Assembly: GCA_947496905.1 (NCBI GenBank)
Contig: CANMEW010000001.1
Location: forward strand, 1 to 35,770
Origin: Rickettsiales bacterium
GTDB lineage: Bacteria > Pseudomonadota > Alphaproteobacteria > Rickettsiales > UBA1997
DNA length: 35,770 nt
Direction: 5' to 3'
Part shown: one piece after another, positions 19,145 to 27,573 of the stretch
Numbering within the stretch: position 1 is the stretch's first letter
Layout: each line of letters starts with the position of its first letter
Notes under the pieces: generated by a model
Told to the model about the DNA's origin: nothing
The model's input: only the letters and a program-made list of their open reading frames with translations
The model's database searches: none
Translations under genes and position numbers: made by a program

Positions 19145-20416
19145 ATGAAAAGAATTTTAGTAATTGGCTCTGGAGGCAGGGAGCATGCGGTCTGCGAACA
19201 ATTTAAAAAATCTTCGCAAGATGTAAAAATTTTTGCTATTCCGGGAAATGCCGGCATTGCTGAGCTCGCAGAAATTGTTGATTCAATCAAGCAAGATGAT
19301 CATCAAAAAATTATTGATTTCTGCAAGAGCGAGAAAATTGATTTTGTTTTTATTGGCCCTGAGCAGCCTTTAGTCGAAGGGCTTGTTGATGATTTAGAAA
19401 AAAATAAAATTCGAGCTTTTGGACCGTCGAAAAAAGCAGCGCAGCTTGAAGGTTCAAAAATTTTCATGAAAAAAATCGCCATCGAAAATTCAGTTCCAAC
19501 CGCAATTTACGAAAGTTTTTCTGACGAAAAAAGAGCGGCAGAATTTGCCAAAAAACTCGGGTTTCCTTGCGTCGTCAAAGCTGACGGATTGGCTGCAGGT
19601 AAGGGTGTGATCATCGCGCAAAATTTTGACGAGGCCACAAGCGCAATCAAAGAAATCTTGTCAGGCAAATTTGGTGAGGCCGGAAAAGAAATCATTGTCG
19701 AAGAATTTTTGGATGGTTTTGAAGCCAGCTATTTTGTTATTTGCGACGGTAAAAATTTTATCCCACTTGGCTTCGCTCATGATCACAAAAAAGTTGGCGA
19801 GAATGATGTTGGGCTCAATACTGGCGGCATGGGAACTTACGCACCTTCACCTTTTATTTCAGCTGCAGAGGAAGAAAAAATCATCGAAAAAATAATCAAG
19901 CCAACCTTGTGCGGCCTTGAGAAAGAGGGTGCGCCATTTCGCGGAATTTTATTTGCTGGACTGATGATTGGAAAAAATGGAGCGAAGCTTTTGGAGTTCA
20001 ACGCGCGCTTTGGTGACCCAGAAACGCAAGTAATTTTGCCAAGAATTAAATCCGACTTCGTTGCTTTAATCGAAGCTGCAATTGATGGAAATCTTAGCAA
20101 ATTCCAAATCGAGTTTGATGAAAAAAAGAAGTTAGTTTGTGTGGTGATCTGCGCTAATGGTTACCCAGAGAATTATCAGAAAGGCAGTGAAATCAAAGGC
20201 TTGGATGTGGCAGCAAAAATTTCTGACGTAAAAATTCTTCACGCCGGAACGGTAAAAAGCGGGGGAAGAATTTTAGTAAATGGTGGGCGCGTTTTGAATA
20301 TTGTCGCTTCCGCAGATTCTTTTAAATCTGCCCGCAGCAAGGCTTACCAAGCCGTTGATTTGATCGATTGGAAAGATGGATTTGCACGCAGAGACATCGC
20401 AAAAAAAGCAGAGTAG
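19145..20416 (+). CDS. purD: phosphoribosylamine--glycine ligase
   Basis: 423 aa. MKRILVIGSGGREHA, the ATP-grasp region and EFNARFGDPETQ are present. Confidence 0.95.
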   Translation: MKRILVIGSGGREHAVCEQFKKSSQDVKIFAIPGNAGIAELAEIVDSIKQDDHQKIIDFCKSEKIDFVFIGPEQPLVEGLVDDLEKNKIRAFGPSKKAAQLEGSKIFMKKIAIENSVPTAIYESFSDEKRAAEFAKKLGFPCVVKADGLAAGKGVIIAQNFDEATSAIKEILSGKFGEAGKEIIVEEFLDGFEASYFVICDGKNFIPLGFAHDHKKVGENDVGLNTGGMGTYAPSPFISAAEEEKIIEKIIKPTLCGLEKEGAPFRGILFAGLMIGKNGAKLLEFNARFGDPETQVILPRIKSDFVALIEAAIDGNLSKFQIEFDEKKKLVCVVICANGYPENYQKGSEIKGLDVAAKISDVKILHAGTVKSGGRILVNGGRVLNIVASADSFKSARSKAYQAVDLIDWKDGFARRDIAKKAE

Positions 20417-20423
20417 GTCACAC

Positions 20424-20481
20424 AAAAAAACCTCGGTCTCGAAATTCAAAATTTGAATTCTTCGACCGAGGTTTTGTTTTT
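20424..20481. terminator. bidirectional intrinsic terminator between the convergent purD and pilin-like genes
   Basis: aaaaaaacctcggtc ... gaccgaggttttgttttt: an 8-bp GC-rich stem flanked by an A run and a T run. Confidence 0.7.
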
Positions 20482-20505
20482 AAGTGAGTGAGAAAAGCTG
20501 CAGGC

Positions 20506-21478
20506 TTACTTTACTACCAGACCATATTTTTTACCAAGATAACTCATGACAGAGATTCGATCCGAGCTTTTAAGAACTACGTCAAACATGATTACTTCGG
20601 AGATATGCCCTCTGAATGATGAAAGTACACCAGCATTGGTGGCACCTCTACTAATCCAGAATTCTGTTGGTGAGAGCGCGTCAACCGTAAGAGAAGACGT
20701 AAGAGAAGCTCCAGCTTTGCCGTTAACATATTGAGTAATGGTGCTAAGAGTTGAAAAGCCGGAAGTTGTGACGCAGATAATTTGTGGTATTTTATTGGTG
20801 GTAGGGGAGTCGAAGATGAAAGTCGTCTCGTTCAAAACTTTAACTCCTGTTGCGGAGTAATATTTGAAAATACCAAACCCATCCGTCGCAGTAGTAGTAT
20901 CTCCGCCTCCGTTATTTATAATTCCTTCATTACCAATCGAAAAGTCATTGAACACCACAAAAATTGTTGAGGCATTATTCGTTACTGCCGGCACCGCGGC
21001 TATGACGTTTGTGTGTACAGTGGCGGTTGGAGCGGTGGTAGAGTAAAGTGAGGAAAGAATAAGTCTTCTAAAGGCCGTGCTATCAAAAAAACTTAATGTT
21101 GGTAACCCATTGATGCCATTATTTTTGTAGGTTATTCCAGCAGTTGTGTTATTTGCTGTTAGGGTTGCTGCCGTTGCAGTTTGTGCGATTGCAAAAAGTG
21201 GTGTGGTTGTTTGCGGGTTAATGTCGTTCCACACCGTGATTGGAAAATTATCTTCGGTTTCTGCGGATAAAAAACTCTCTTCCAACGATGTCTCTAGCCA
21301 AAGTGAAAGACCTTTAATGCTGTTAACCGGAGAAGATTTAGTCAGAGACCTTGGAAGCTAGCTTCATTTGACCAACCAACCTTCTACCTTGCGTTACGCC
21401 GGCAACTAAAATTCCGATGATTAAAATTACGATTGAGAGCTCGATTAGGGAGAAGGCTTTGTTTGTTTTAGTTTTCAT
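20506..21478 (-). pseudogene. prepilin-type N-terminal domain / LamG-like domain protein, frameshifted paralog of 26063-26965
   Basis: ATG 21478 gives MKTKTNKAFSLIELSIVILIIGILVAGVTQGRRLVGQMKLASKVSD-stop (21338-21340). The shifted frame continues SLTKSSPVNSIKGLSLWLETS... into ORF 20506-21285 and aligns with the intact paralog. Confidence 0.7.
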
Positions 21479-21513
21479 GTGGGGGAATTTTTTTATTACG
21501 CGGTTTACTGTTA

Positions 21514-21549
21514 TTCCTCTTGCTCAACCAGATGCGGGAGCAAGAGGAA
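21514..21549 (-). terminator. hairpin downstream of the repeat-protein gene
   Basis: ttcctcttgctc ... gagcaagaggaa, a 12-bp stem 10 nt after the stop at 21560. There is no clean U tract. Confidence 0.4.
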
Positions 21550-21559
21550 AATTTATTTA

Positions 21560-22144
21560 CTACTGCCGCACAGAGTTTGTCATGCCTTGATTACCAGCTG
21601 AAGGCTGATTCATTTTTTCACCGCGATTATCTTGCATCATTGACAGGTCAAATCCGGTGATCTTCTTCATCTCAGCGCGATGTCTTTCGATTTCTTTTTT
21701 AGCCAATTCTTTTTGCTGAGGTGACAGCTTCTCCATCATCTCATGATGTCTCTCCATCCTAGCCCTCTCTTCTGGCGAAGCATTTTTCATCTTCTCCATT
21801 CTCTGCTCTTTGCGCTCCTCTTTTTGCCCATTTTTTTCCTGCTTCATTTTCATCATTTTCTCGCGCTCTTCCGGACTCATATTCATCATTTTTTCGTGAT
21901 GCTCCATCATTTTTTTCTTCTCTTCCGGAGATGCATTTTGGTATTTCTCTTTGCGTTCCATCATTTTTTGTTTTTCTTCGGGAGAAGCATTTTTGAACTT
22001 CTCATTCCTCATTTCTTTTTTCTGATTTTTTGCATCAGTAGAAACTGAAGAGGTCGCTCCGGATGCTGGAGTTGTAGTATCTTGGGCATTAGCTGAAAGC
22101 GAACAAATTGTCGCAACGGCAAAGAGAGTTAGAAATTTTTTCAT
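21560..22144 (-). CDS. secreted Met/His/Glu/Lys-rich repeat protein (LTXXQ-like, Spy/CpxP/ZraP-style motifs)
   Basis: ATG 22144 gives the signal peptide MKKFLTLFAVATICSLSANA. Five units follow: NASPEEKQKMME, NASPEEKKKMME, NMSPEEREKMM, NASPEERARME and LSPQQKELAKKE. Confidence 0.55.
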   Translation of the reverse strand: MKKFLTLFAVATICSLSANAQDTTTPASGATSSVSTDAKNQKKEMRNEKFKNASPEEKQKMMERKEKYQNASPEEKKKMMEHHEKMMNMSPEEREKMMKMKQEKNGQKEERKEQRMEKMKNASPEERARMERHHEMMEKLSPQQKELAKKEIERHRAEMKKITGFDLSMMQDNRGEKMNQPSAGNQGMTNSVRQ

Positions 22145-22216
22145 GATTTTTATTTTTGTTTGAGGTTGTGGAGGAGGAAAGGTGGTGCAACGAAGATAAG
22201 AATAACTGAGCAAAAC

Positions 22217-23350
<1,134 letters not shown>

Positions 23351-23365
23351 TCAATTTTGTTTTTT

Positions 23366-23938
23366 ATGAAAAAATTTTTACCGTACTTCCCGCTGCTTTT
23401 TTTGGTAGGGTTGATTGGAATTTCGACTTACAATTTAAACAAAAAACAAAGCGCCGAACAGGAATTGCGGAACTCCGTTGATGATGATAAAAAAAACCTT
23501 CACTTCACTTCAGTAAAAATCGTCTTACCGGAATTTTCTTTACCCGATCTTCACAATGACAAACTAGATCTTTCTAGAAATGACTTTTTGGGGAAATATT
23601 CGATCATAAATTTTTTTGCTTCTTGGTGCACAACTTGCCGTGAAGAGCATGAAATTTTGATGCGCTTAAAAAGGGAGGGAATTGCTGATATGTACGGTGT
23701 AGCTTGGCATGACATCGATGATAACACCATGTCTTACCTTAAGAAAAATGGTGATCCTTTCATAAAAGTTGCAGCAGATAATCGTGGACTCTTTACCAAA
23801 ATAACCGGCATTGAAGCGGTTCCAGAAACTGTAATTGTTGATCCAGAAGGAGTCGTTGTAATGCGCTACCGCGGCAATTTGCAGGAATTCTCAATTGATG
23901 AAATTGCGCAATTCATCAAGAAGCATAAACATCGCTGA
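23366..23938 (+). CDS. ccmG: thiol:disulfide interchange protein (DsbE/CcmG, TlpA-like thioredoxin)
   Basis: ATG 23366 gives an N-terminal TM anchor. The thioredoxin motif FFASWCTTCREEH is present. It converges on pyrF with a 23-nt overlap. Confidence 0.78.
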   Translation: MKKFLPYFPLLFLVGLIGISTYNLNKKQSAEQELRNSVDDDKKNLHFTSVKIVLPEFSLPDLHNDKLDLSRNDFLGKYSIINFFASWCTTCREEHEILMRLKREGIADMYGVAWHDIDDNTMSYLKKNGDPFIKVAADNRGLFTKITGIEAVPETVIVDPEGVVVMRYRGNLQEFSIDEIAQFIKKHKHR

Positions 23939-24728
23939 TTAGATTCACAAATTTTTGAGTAGCTTCTTTTGGATGAGTATCGCGGGTGATTGGTCTACCG
24001 ACCACGAGGTGAGAGGCACCATTGGCAAGTGCAGTTTTGACATCGGTAACACGTTTTTGATCTTCAATCAAATTTGAACTTCGTTCAAATTTGGAGCCAA
24101 TCGAATTGCTGCGCACGGAATCAATCCGCGCATCCGCAATAGATTTATTTTCCTTAAAAAGCTCGGTGTCTTTACTCAGCCTGATTCCAGGCGTTACGAT
24201 GAGAAAATCTTTTCCGCAATTTTCTCTAATCTTCTTTGCCTCAAGAGCCGAGGCAACAACTCCATCAAGTCCAAATTCAAGAGCTAGTTTGGCCCTGCCA
24301 AGCACTAAATTTTCGAGTGTATTTCCCGCCTTAAAACCAACAGCTTCCACCGTTCTGTTAAAAATTTCTTGGTCGTAAGTGGTGAGAACGGTTACACCAA
24401 CAACCTTCATTCTACCCTTTGCCTGCGCCGCTGCTTGAATGATGTCTTCACTGATGGCGTGGATCGTAACCATGTCAACTTGATGCTGCGCCAGATTTTT
24501 AATTGCGCGCGAAACTGTGGTGGGGATGTCGTGAAATTTTAGATCAGCGAAAACTTTTTTGCCTTCATCCTTCAAAAATTTGATGAGGTCGAAGTAACCG
24601 CCGCTCATCATCAGCTCTAGTCCAACTTTGTAAAAAACCGCCTCATCGCCAATTGCCCTAACAAGATTCTTTGCCTCCTCAATAGTTGGAACATCGAGGG
24701 CAATGATTAATTTTTCTTTCGCATTCAT
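23916..24728 (-). CDS. pyrF: orotidine 5'-phosphate decarboxylase carrying an in-frame repeat insertion
   Basis: The motifs LIIALDV, DLKFHDIPTTV, TPGIR and VVGRPI are present. I prefer ATG 24728 over the track GTG 24743, which lies inside the flanking repeat. Confidence 0.9.
   Translation of the reverse strand: MNAKEKLIIALDVPTIEEAKNLVRAIGDEAVFYKVGLELMMSGGYFDLIKFLKDEGKKVFADLKFHDIPTTVSRAIKNLAQHQVDMVTIHAISEDIIQAAAQAKGRMKVVGVTVLTTYDQEIFNRTVEAVGFKAGNTLENLVLGRAKLALEFGLDGVVASALEAKKIRENCGKDFLIVTPGIRLSKDTELFKENKSIADARIDSVRSNSIGSKFERSSNLIEDQKRVTDVKTALANGASHLVVGRPITRDTHPKEATQKFVNLISDVYAS
24063..24158 (-). repeat. family C (RPE-like) element inserted in frame in pyrF
   Basis: 96 nt, 32 codons (FKENKSIADARIDSVRSNSIGSKFERSSNLIE) between the conserved GIR and DQKR motifs. 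It is 88 percent identical over 75 nt to the intergenic copy at 2829-2903. Confidence 0.75.
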
Positions 24729-24737
24729 GGCAATTAA

Positions 24738-24879
24738 GGGCACCTCTAAAAATTAGATTTTTTCGAGGAATTTTTAGGAAGAAAATTTGCGAGCAGGAAA
24801 GCGTACTCTGATGTACGTGCTCGCGAGCAAATTTATCTGACGATAAAATTACCGGAAAAAGCAATTTTTAGAGGCACCC
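24738..24879 (+). mobile_element. family A MITE-like palindromic element (reference copy)
   Basis: gggcacctctaaaaatt ... aatttttagaggcaccc with TTAA on both flanks (24734-24737 and 24880-24883). ORF 24679-24864 is an artefact of it. Confidence 0.8.
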
Positions 24880-25482
24880 TTAAAACTTTTTCTCTTCACC
24901 AGTTAGTAGGCGGATAAGATTTTCTTTGTGCTTGATTGTGATTAGGACGAATAGGAGGCAGCAGAAAATTATTTGGGAATTTGGGGCTTCGAAGTGGGAC
25001 GACAAAATGATCGAGGAAAAAATTGCGATTAGCGAAGAAATTGCAGAGATGCGAAATAGGACAAAGGAAATGATCCAAAAACAAACCATTAAAAATCCGG
25101 TGATTGGATCAAGCGCTGACAATACTGCAACTGCAGTTGCTACGCCTTTCCCACCTTTGAAATTTAGATAAATTGGGTAGATGTGACCAATTACCGCAAC
25201 AGCAGCGACAAAGACCAAAAATAAATGCAAATTGCCAACATCGTAAAAAGCAAATCTTGCCGCAATGATCATCGCCGCGCCTTTCAAGCCATCCAGAATT
25301 AAAGTGACGAAGCCGAGTTTTTTACCAACGACTCTCGCAACATTTGTGGCGCCAATATTTTTTGACCCCAATTCACGAATGTCTTTTTTTGCGAAGACTA
25401 TTGCCAAAATTAAGCCGAATGGAATCGCCGCAATCGCGTAGGTTAGGATGAGAAATAGGATTTGGTAAAGAAGGGTGATCAT
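24880..25482 (-). CDS. plsY: glycerol-3-phosphate acyltransferase PlsY
   Basis: 200 aa polytopic membrane protein with GSKNIGATNV and FKGGKGVAT. Confidence 0.93.
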   Translation of the reverse strand: MITLLYQILFLILTYAIAAIPFGLILAIVFAKKDIRELGSKNIGATNVARVVGKKLGFVTLILDGLKGAAMIIAARFAFYDVGNLHLFLVFVAAVAVIGHIYPIYLNFKGGKGVATAVAVLSALDPITGFLMVCFWIISFVLFRISAISSLIAIFSSIILSSHFEAPNSQIIFCCLLFVLITIKHKENLIRLLTGEEKKF

Positions 25483-25991
25483 TAACTGTTATCGGTGGGA
25501 GTTGTGTTTTTGTTTTTGCGAAAAGCATCGAGGGAAATGACTTTTGCCGATAAATCGATGGTTTCAGATTTGGCCGCACTATTCGCACCCCTTACTCCAT
25601 CAAGCCCCACAGACTCCAAAAAATCTCCAGCATTGTCGTAACTAACGCTAAATTTTAGCGCAAAATTCATCGAAGGATCTGCGAAGGCAGTGACTGCTTT
25701 GTAAGGCACCGCTAGTTTTTCATACTTACCATTAAAGCTCAAAGAGACTCTAAACAAATTCTGCTCAACCGCCAAACTTTTATATTGGTATTGAATAGCG
25801 ATGGTCATTTCTTCAGGAAATTTTTCGATCAGATGCTTTGGAATGGAAACTTCCGGGAACTTAGTCAAGAAGGTGACTAAAAAATAATGTTTTCCTGGTA
25901 GGCCGATCTTTTCGACTTTTTTCAGAGTTTCGTAAATCACTGATCTCATCGAGTTTTCGATGATCTCATCATATCCGATTAGATCTTGCAT
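25482..25991 (-). CDS. sspB: ClpXP adaptor SspB (alphaproteobacterial type)
   Basis: 169 aa. LPGKHYFLVTF...FPEEMTIAIQYQY...LSFNG...VPYKAVTAFADPSMNFALKF matches SspB-alpha. The C-terminal ISLDAFRK resembles the ClpX-binding tail. Confidence 0.8.
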   Translation of the reverse strand: MQDLIGYDEIIENSMRSVIYETLKKVEKIGLPGKHYFLVTFLTKFPEVSIPKHLIEKFPEEMTIAIQYQYKSLAVEQNLFRVSLSFNGKYEKLAVPYKAVTAFADPSMNFALKFSVSYDNAGDFLESVGLDGVRGANSAAKSETIDLSAKVISLDAFRKNKNTTPTDNS

Positions 25992-26062
25992 GAATGCGAA
26001 AAAAACAAATTAAGAAAATACAGAATCTGGCTAGCTGCTACCAACTGAAATTATATGAGCAG

Positions 26063-26965
26063 CTATTGGATGGCAATTCCATATTTCTTTCCTAGGTAGC
26101 CATTAACAGCTTTGATCTCTGACTTTTTTAAAGCTCGATCAAAAACAATTACTTCTGAAACTAACATCTCGTTTGACTGAATTACCATGCTCATTGGATG
26201 AGCATGGATCACAAGTCTATCGGCTCCTAAATTTAAGTTTGCTGCGCCACCAGATGATGCCACTCCAGCAGCTGGAACTGAGGTATTACTGTTATTGTAG
26301 ATCCAAACATTATTGGTTAAAGAATTATCAATCACCATGACAGTCGCGTAATTACTATTACCGATTAGTCCGCAAGGGTTGGTATAGCTGTCGTTAAAAT
26401 ATCCAGCAAAACCACACTGAGTATTATTCGTAGCAAACATTGCTTGTGCATTATTTAGTGTAGTATTGGTACCCTGTCCCATGAGTACCTGCGTACCAGA
26501 CATGGTGGTAGCTCTCCACACAATAACCATTGTGTAATCATCGTCGCCAGCGCCAATTGGCGTTGTTGTTGTTTGTAGAAAATCTGATGTACTCTCAAAT
26601 TTTATTGAGGGTAGTCCATTTATTCCGTTTGCGATGTAGACTGGTCGCGCCGCATCTGTTGATTGTGTAAGATTAATTTTATTGAGCGATTGCGGGTTAG
26701 AATCGGCCCAAGAAGAAATTTTATCTAAATCACTCGGATTGTTACCATTGGTAGCGCTTGTAACCGCAGTTTCCGAAGTGGTTTCTAGCCACAAAGTCAG
26801 ATTTGCCATCGATGCTACATCTGAACTTTTTGTAAGAGACCTGCCAGAGGAAAGTTTCATTTCTCCAACCAACCTGCTGCCTTGAGTTACTCCAGCAACT
26901 AAAATTCCAATTATTAAAATTACGATCGATAGCTCAATAAGTGAGAATGCTTTGTTTGTTTTCAT
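26063..26965 (-). CDS. prepilin-type N-terminal cleavage/methylation domain protein with C-terminal LamG-like (concanavalin A-like) domain
   Basis: MKTNKA|FSLIELSIVILIIGILVAG is a class III signal with Glu at +5 and Ala at -1. The C-terminal SEVIVFDRALKKSEIKAVNGYL resembles the terminal strand motif of LamG_3 domains. Confidence 0.75.
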   Translation of the reverse strand: MKTNKAFSLIELSIVILIIGILVAGVTQGSRLVGEMKLSSGRSLTKSSDVASMANLTLWLETTSETAVTSATNGNNPSDLDKISSWADSNPQSLNKINLTQSTDAARPVYIANGINGLPSIKFESTSDFLQTTTTPIGAGDDDYTMVIVWRATTMSGTQVLMGQGTNTTLNNAQAMFATNNTQCGFAGYFNDSYTNPCGLIGNSNYATVMVIDNSLTNNVWIYNNSNTSVPAAGVASSGGAANLNLGADRLVIHAHPMSMVIQSNEMLVSEVIVFDRALKKSEIKAVNGYLGKKYGIAIQ

Positions 26966-26995
26966 GATGTGTGATATGTAAATACAGATTCATTC

Positions 26996-27486
26996 GCGGG
27001 ACTTCCGGTGGTTTTTTTCTGTTGCCAGGAAAAAACCTAAACCCCGACAAAGTCACTTATGCTAAGCAGCTAAAGCCACTGGAGCAAATTCGAAATTGTC
27101 ATTAGCAAAGTTATCGTTTGCGTTTACTTTTTTTGAACGGATGCGATGAATTCATCCGAAGATGCATTCACGGCCGGCAGTTTCTCAACCGAGTAAAGTC
27201 AATCCCTTTAGCGCATGTCGAAAGCTATTCACCCCCATGTTAGGACTTTTTACAAAATTCGCTTCTGACAATAAGTGGATGGTGAATTGGCGCGCAGAGT
27301 CGGGGTGTATTTGACATACACGTAGACTCGAGCACCGAAACAACCGCGCAATTATTGTCAGAAGTTAGAATTTTGTAAAAAGTCCAATGGTGGAGGTGCT
27401 GGGTACCGCCCCCAGGTCCATGACGGTTATTGCGAAGAGAGTTTATCACCATGTCCTTCCGCCCTTGCGGGCGAAGGCGGCGCGCA
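26996..27486 (-). ncRNA. ssrA: two-piece (circularly permuted) tmRNA gene; outer boundaries approximate
   Basis: The acceptor piece ends ...CUGGG-GGCGGUA-CCCAG-CACCUCC-ACCA at 27388. The coding piece starts GGGGGUGAAUAGCUUUCGAC at 27236, and its first 7 nt pair with CACCUCC, including a G3:U wobble. A 151-nt spacer (27237-27387) forms a ~32-bp stem. The tag ORF ends in ALAA. Confidence 0.85.
27062..27121 (-). other. tmRNA tag reading frame ANDNFANDNFEFAPVALAA plus stop
   Basis: AAAAAAAGUAAAC precedes the resume codon GCA. The frame reads GCA AAC GAT AAC TTT GCT AAT GAC AAT TTC GAA TTT GCT CCA GTG GCT TTA GCT GCT TAG. Confidence 0.8.
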
Positions 27487-27573
27487 ACTTAGGTACGAAA
27501 ACAATTTTAACAAGTTATTGTTCCCAAGTTTTTTGTTTTTACTTTTTTACTCCCCAAAAAAATTTAGAAAAAA

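Noticed and set aside
26996-27012. GGAAGUCCCGCG on the minus strand, resembling the RNase P RNA GGAAAGUCCGGGC motif
   Set aside because: The pilin gene starts about 30 nt downstream, so there is no room for a ~400-nt rnpB. The motif lies in the 3' tail of the tmRNA coding piece.
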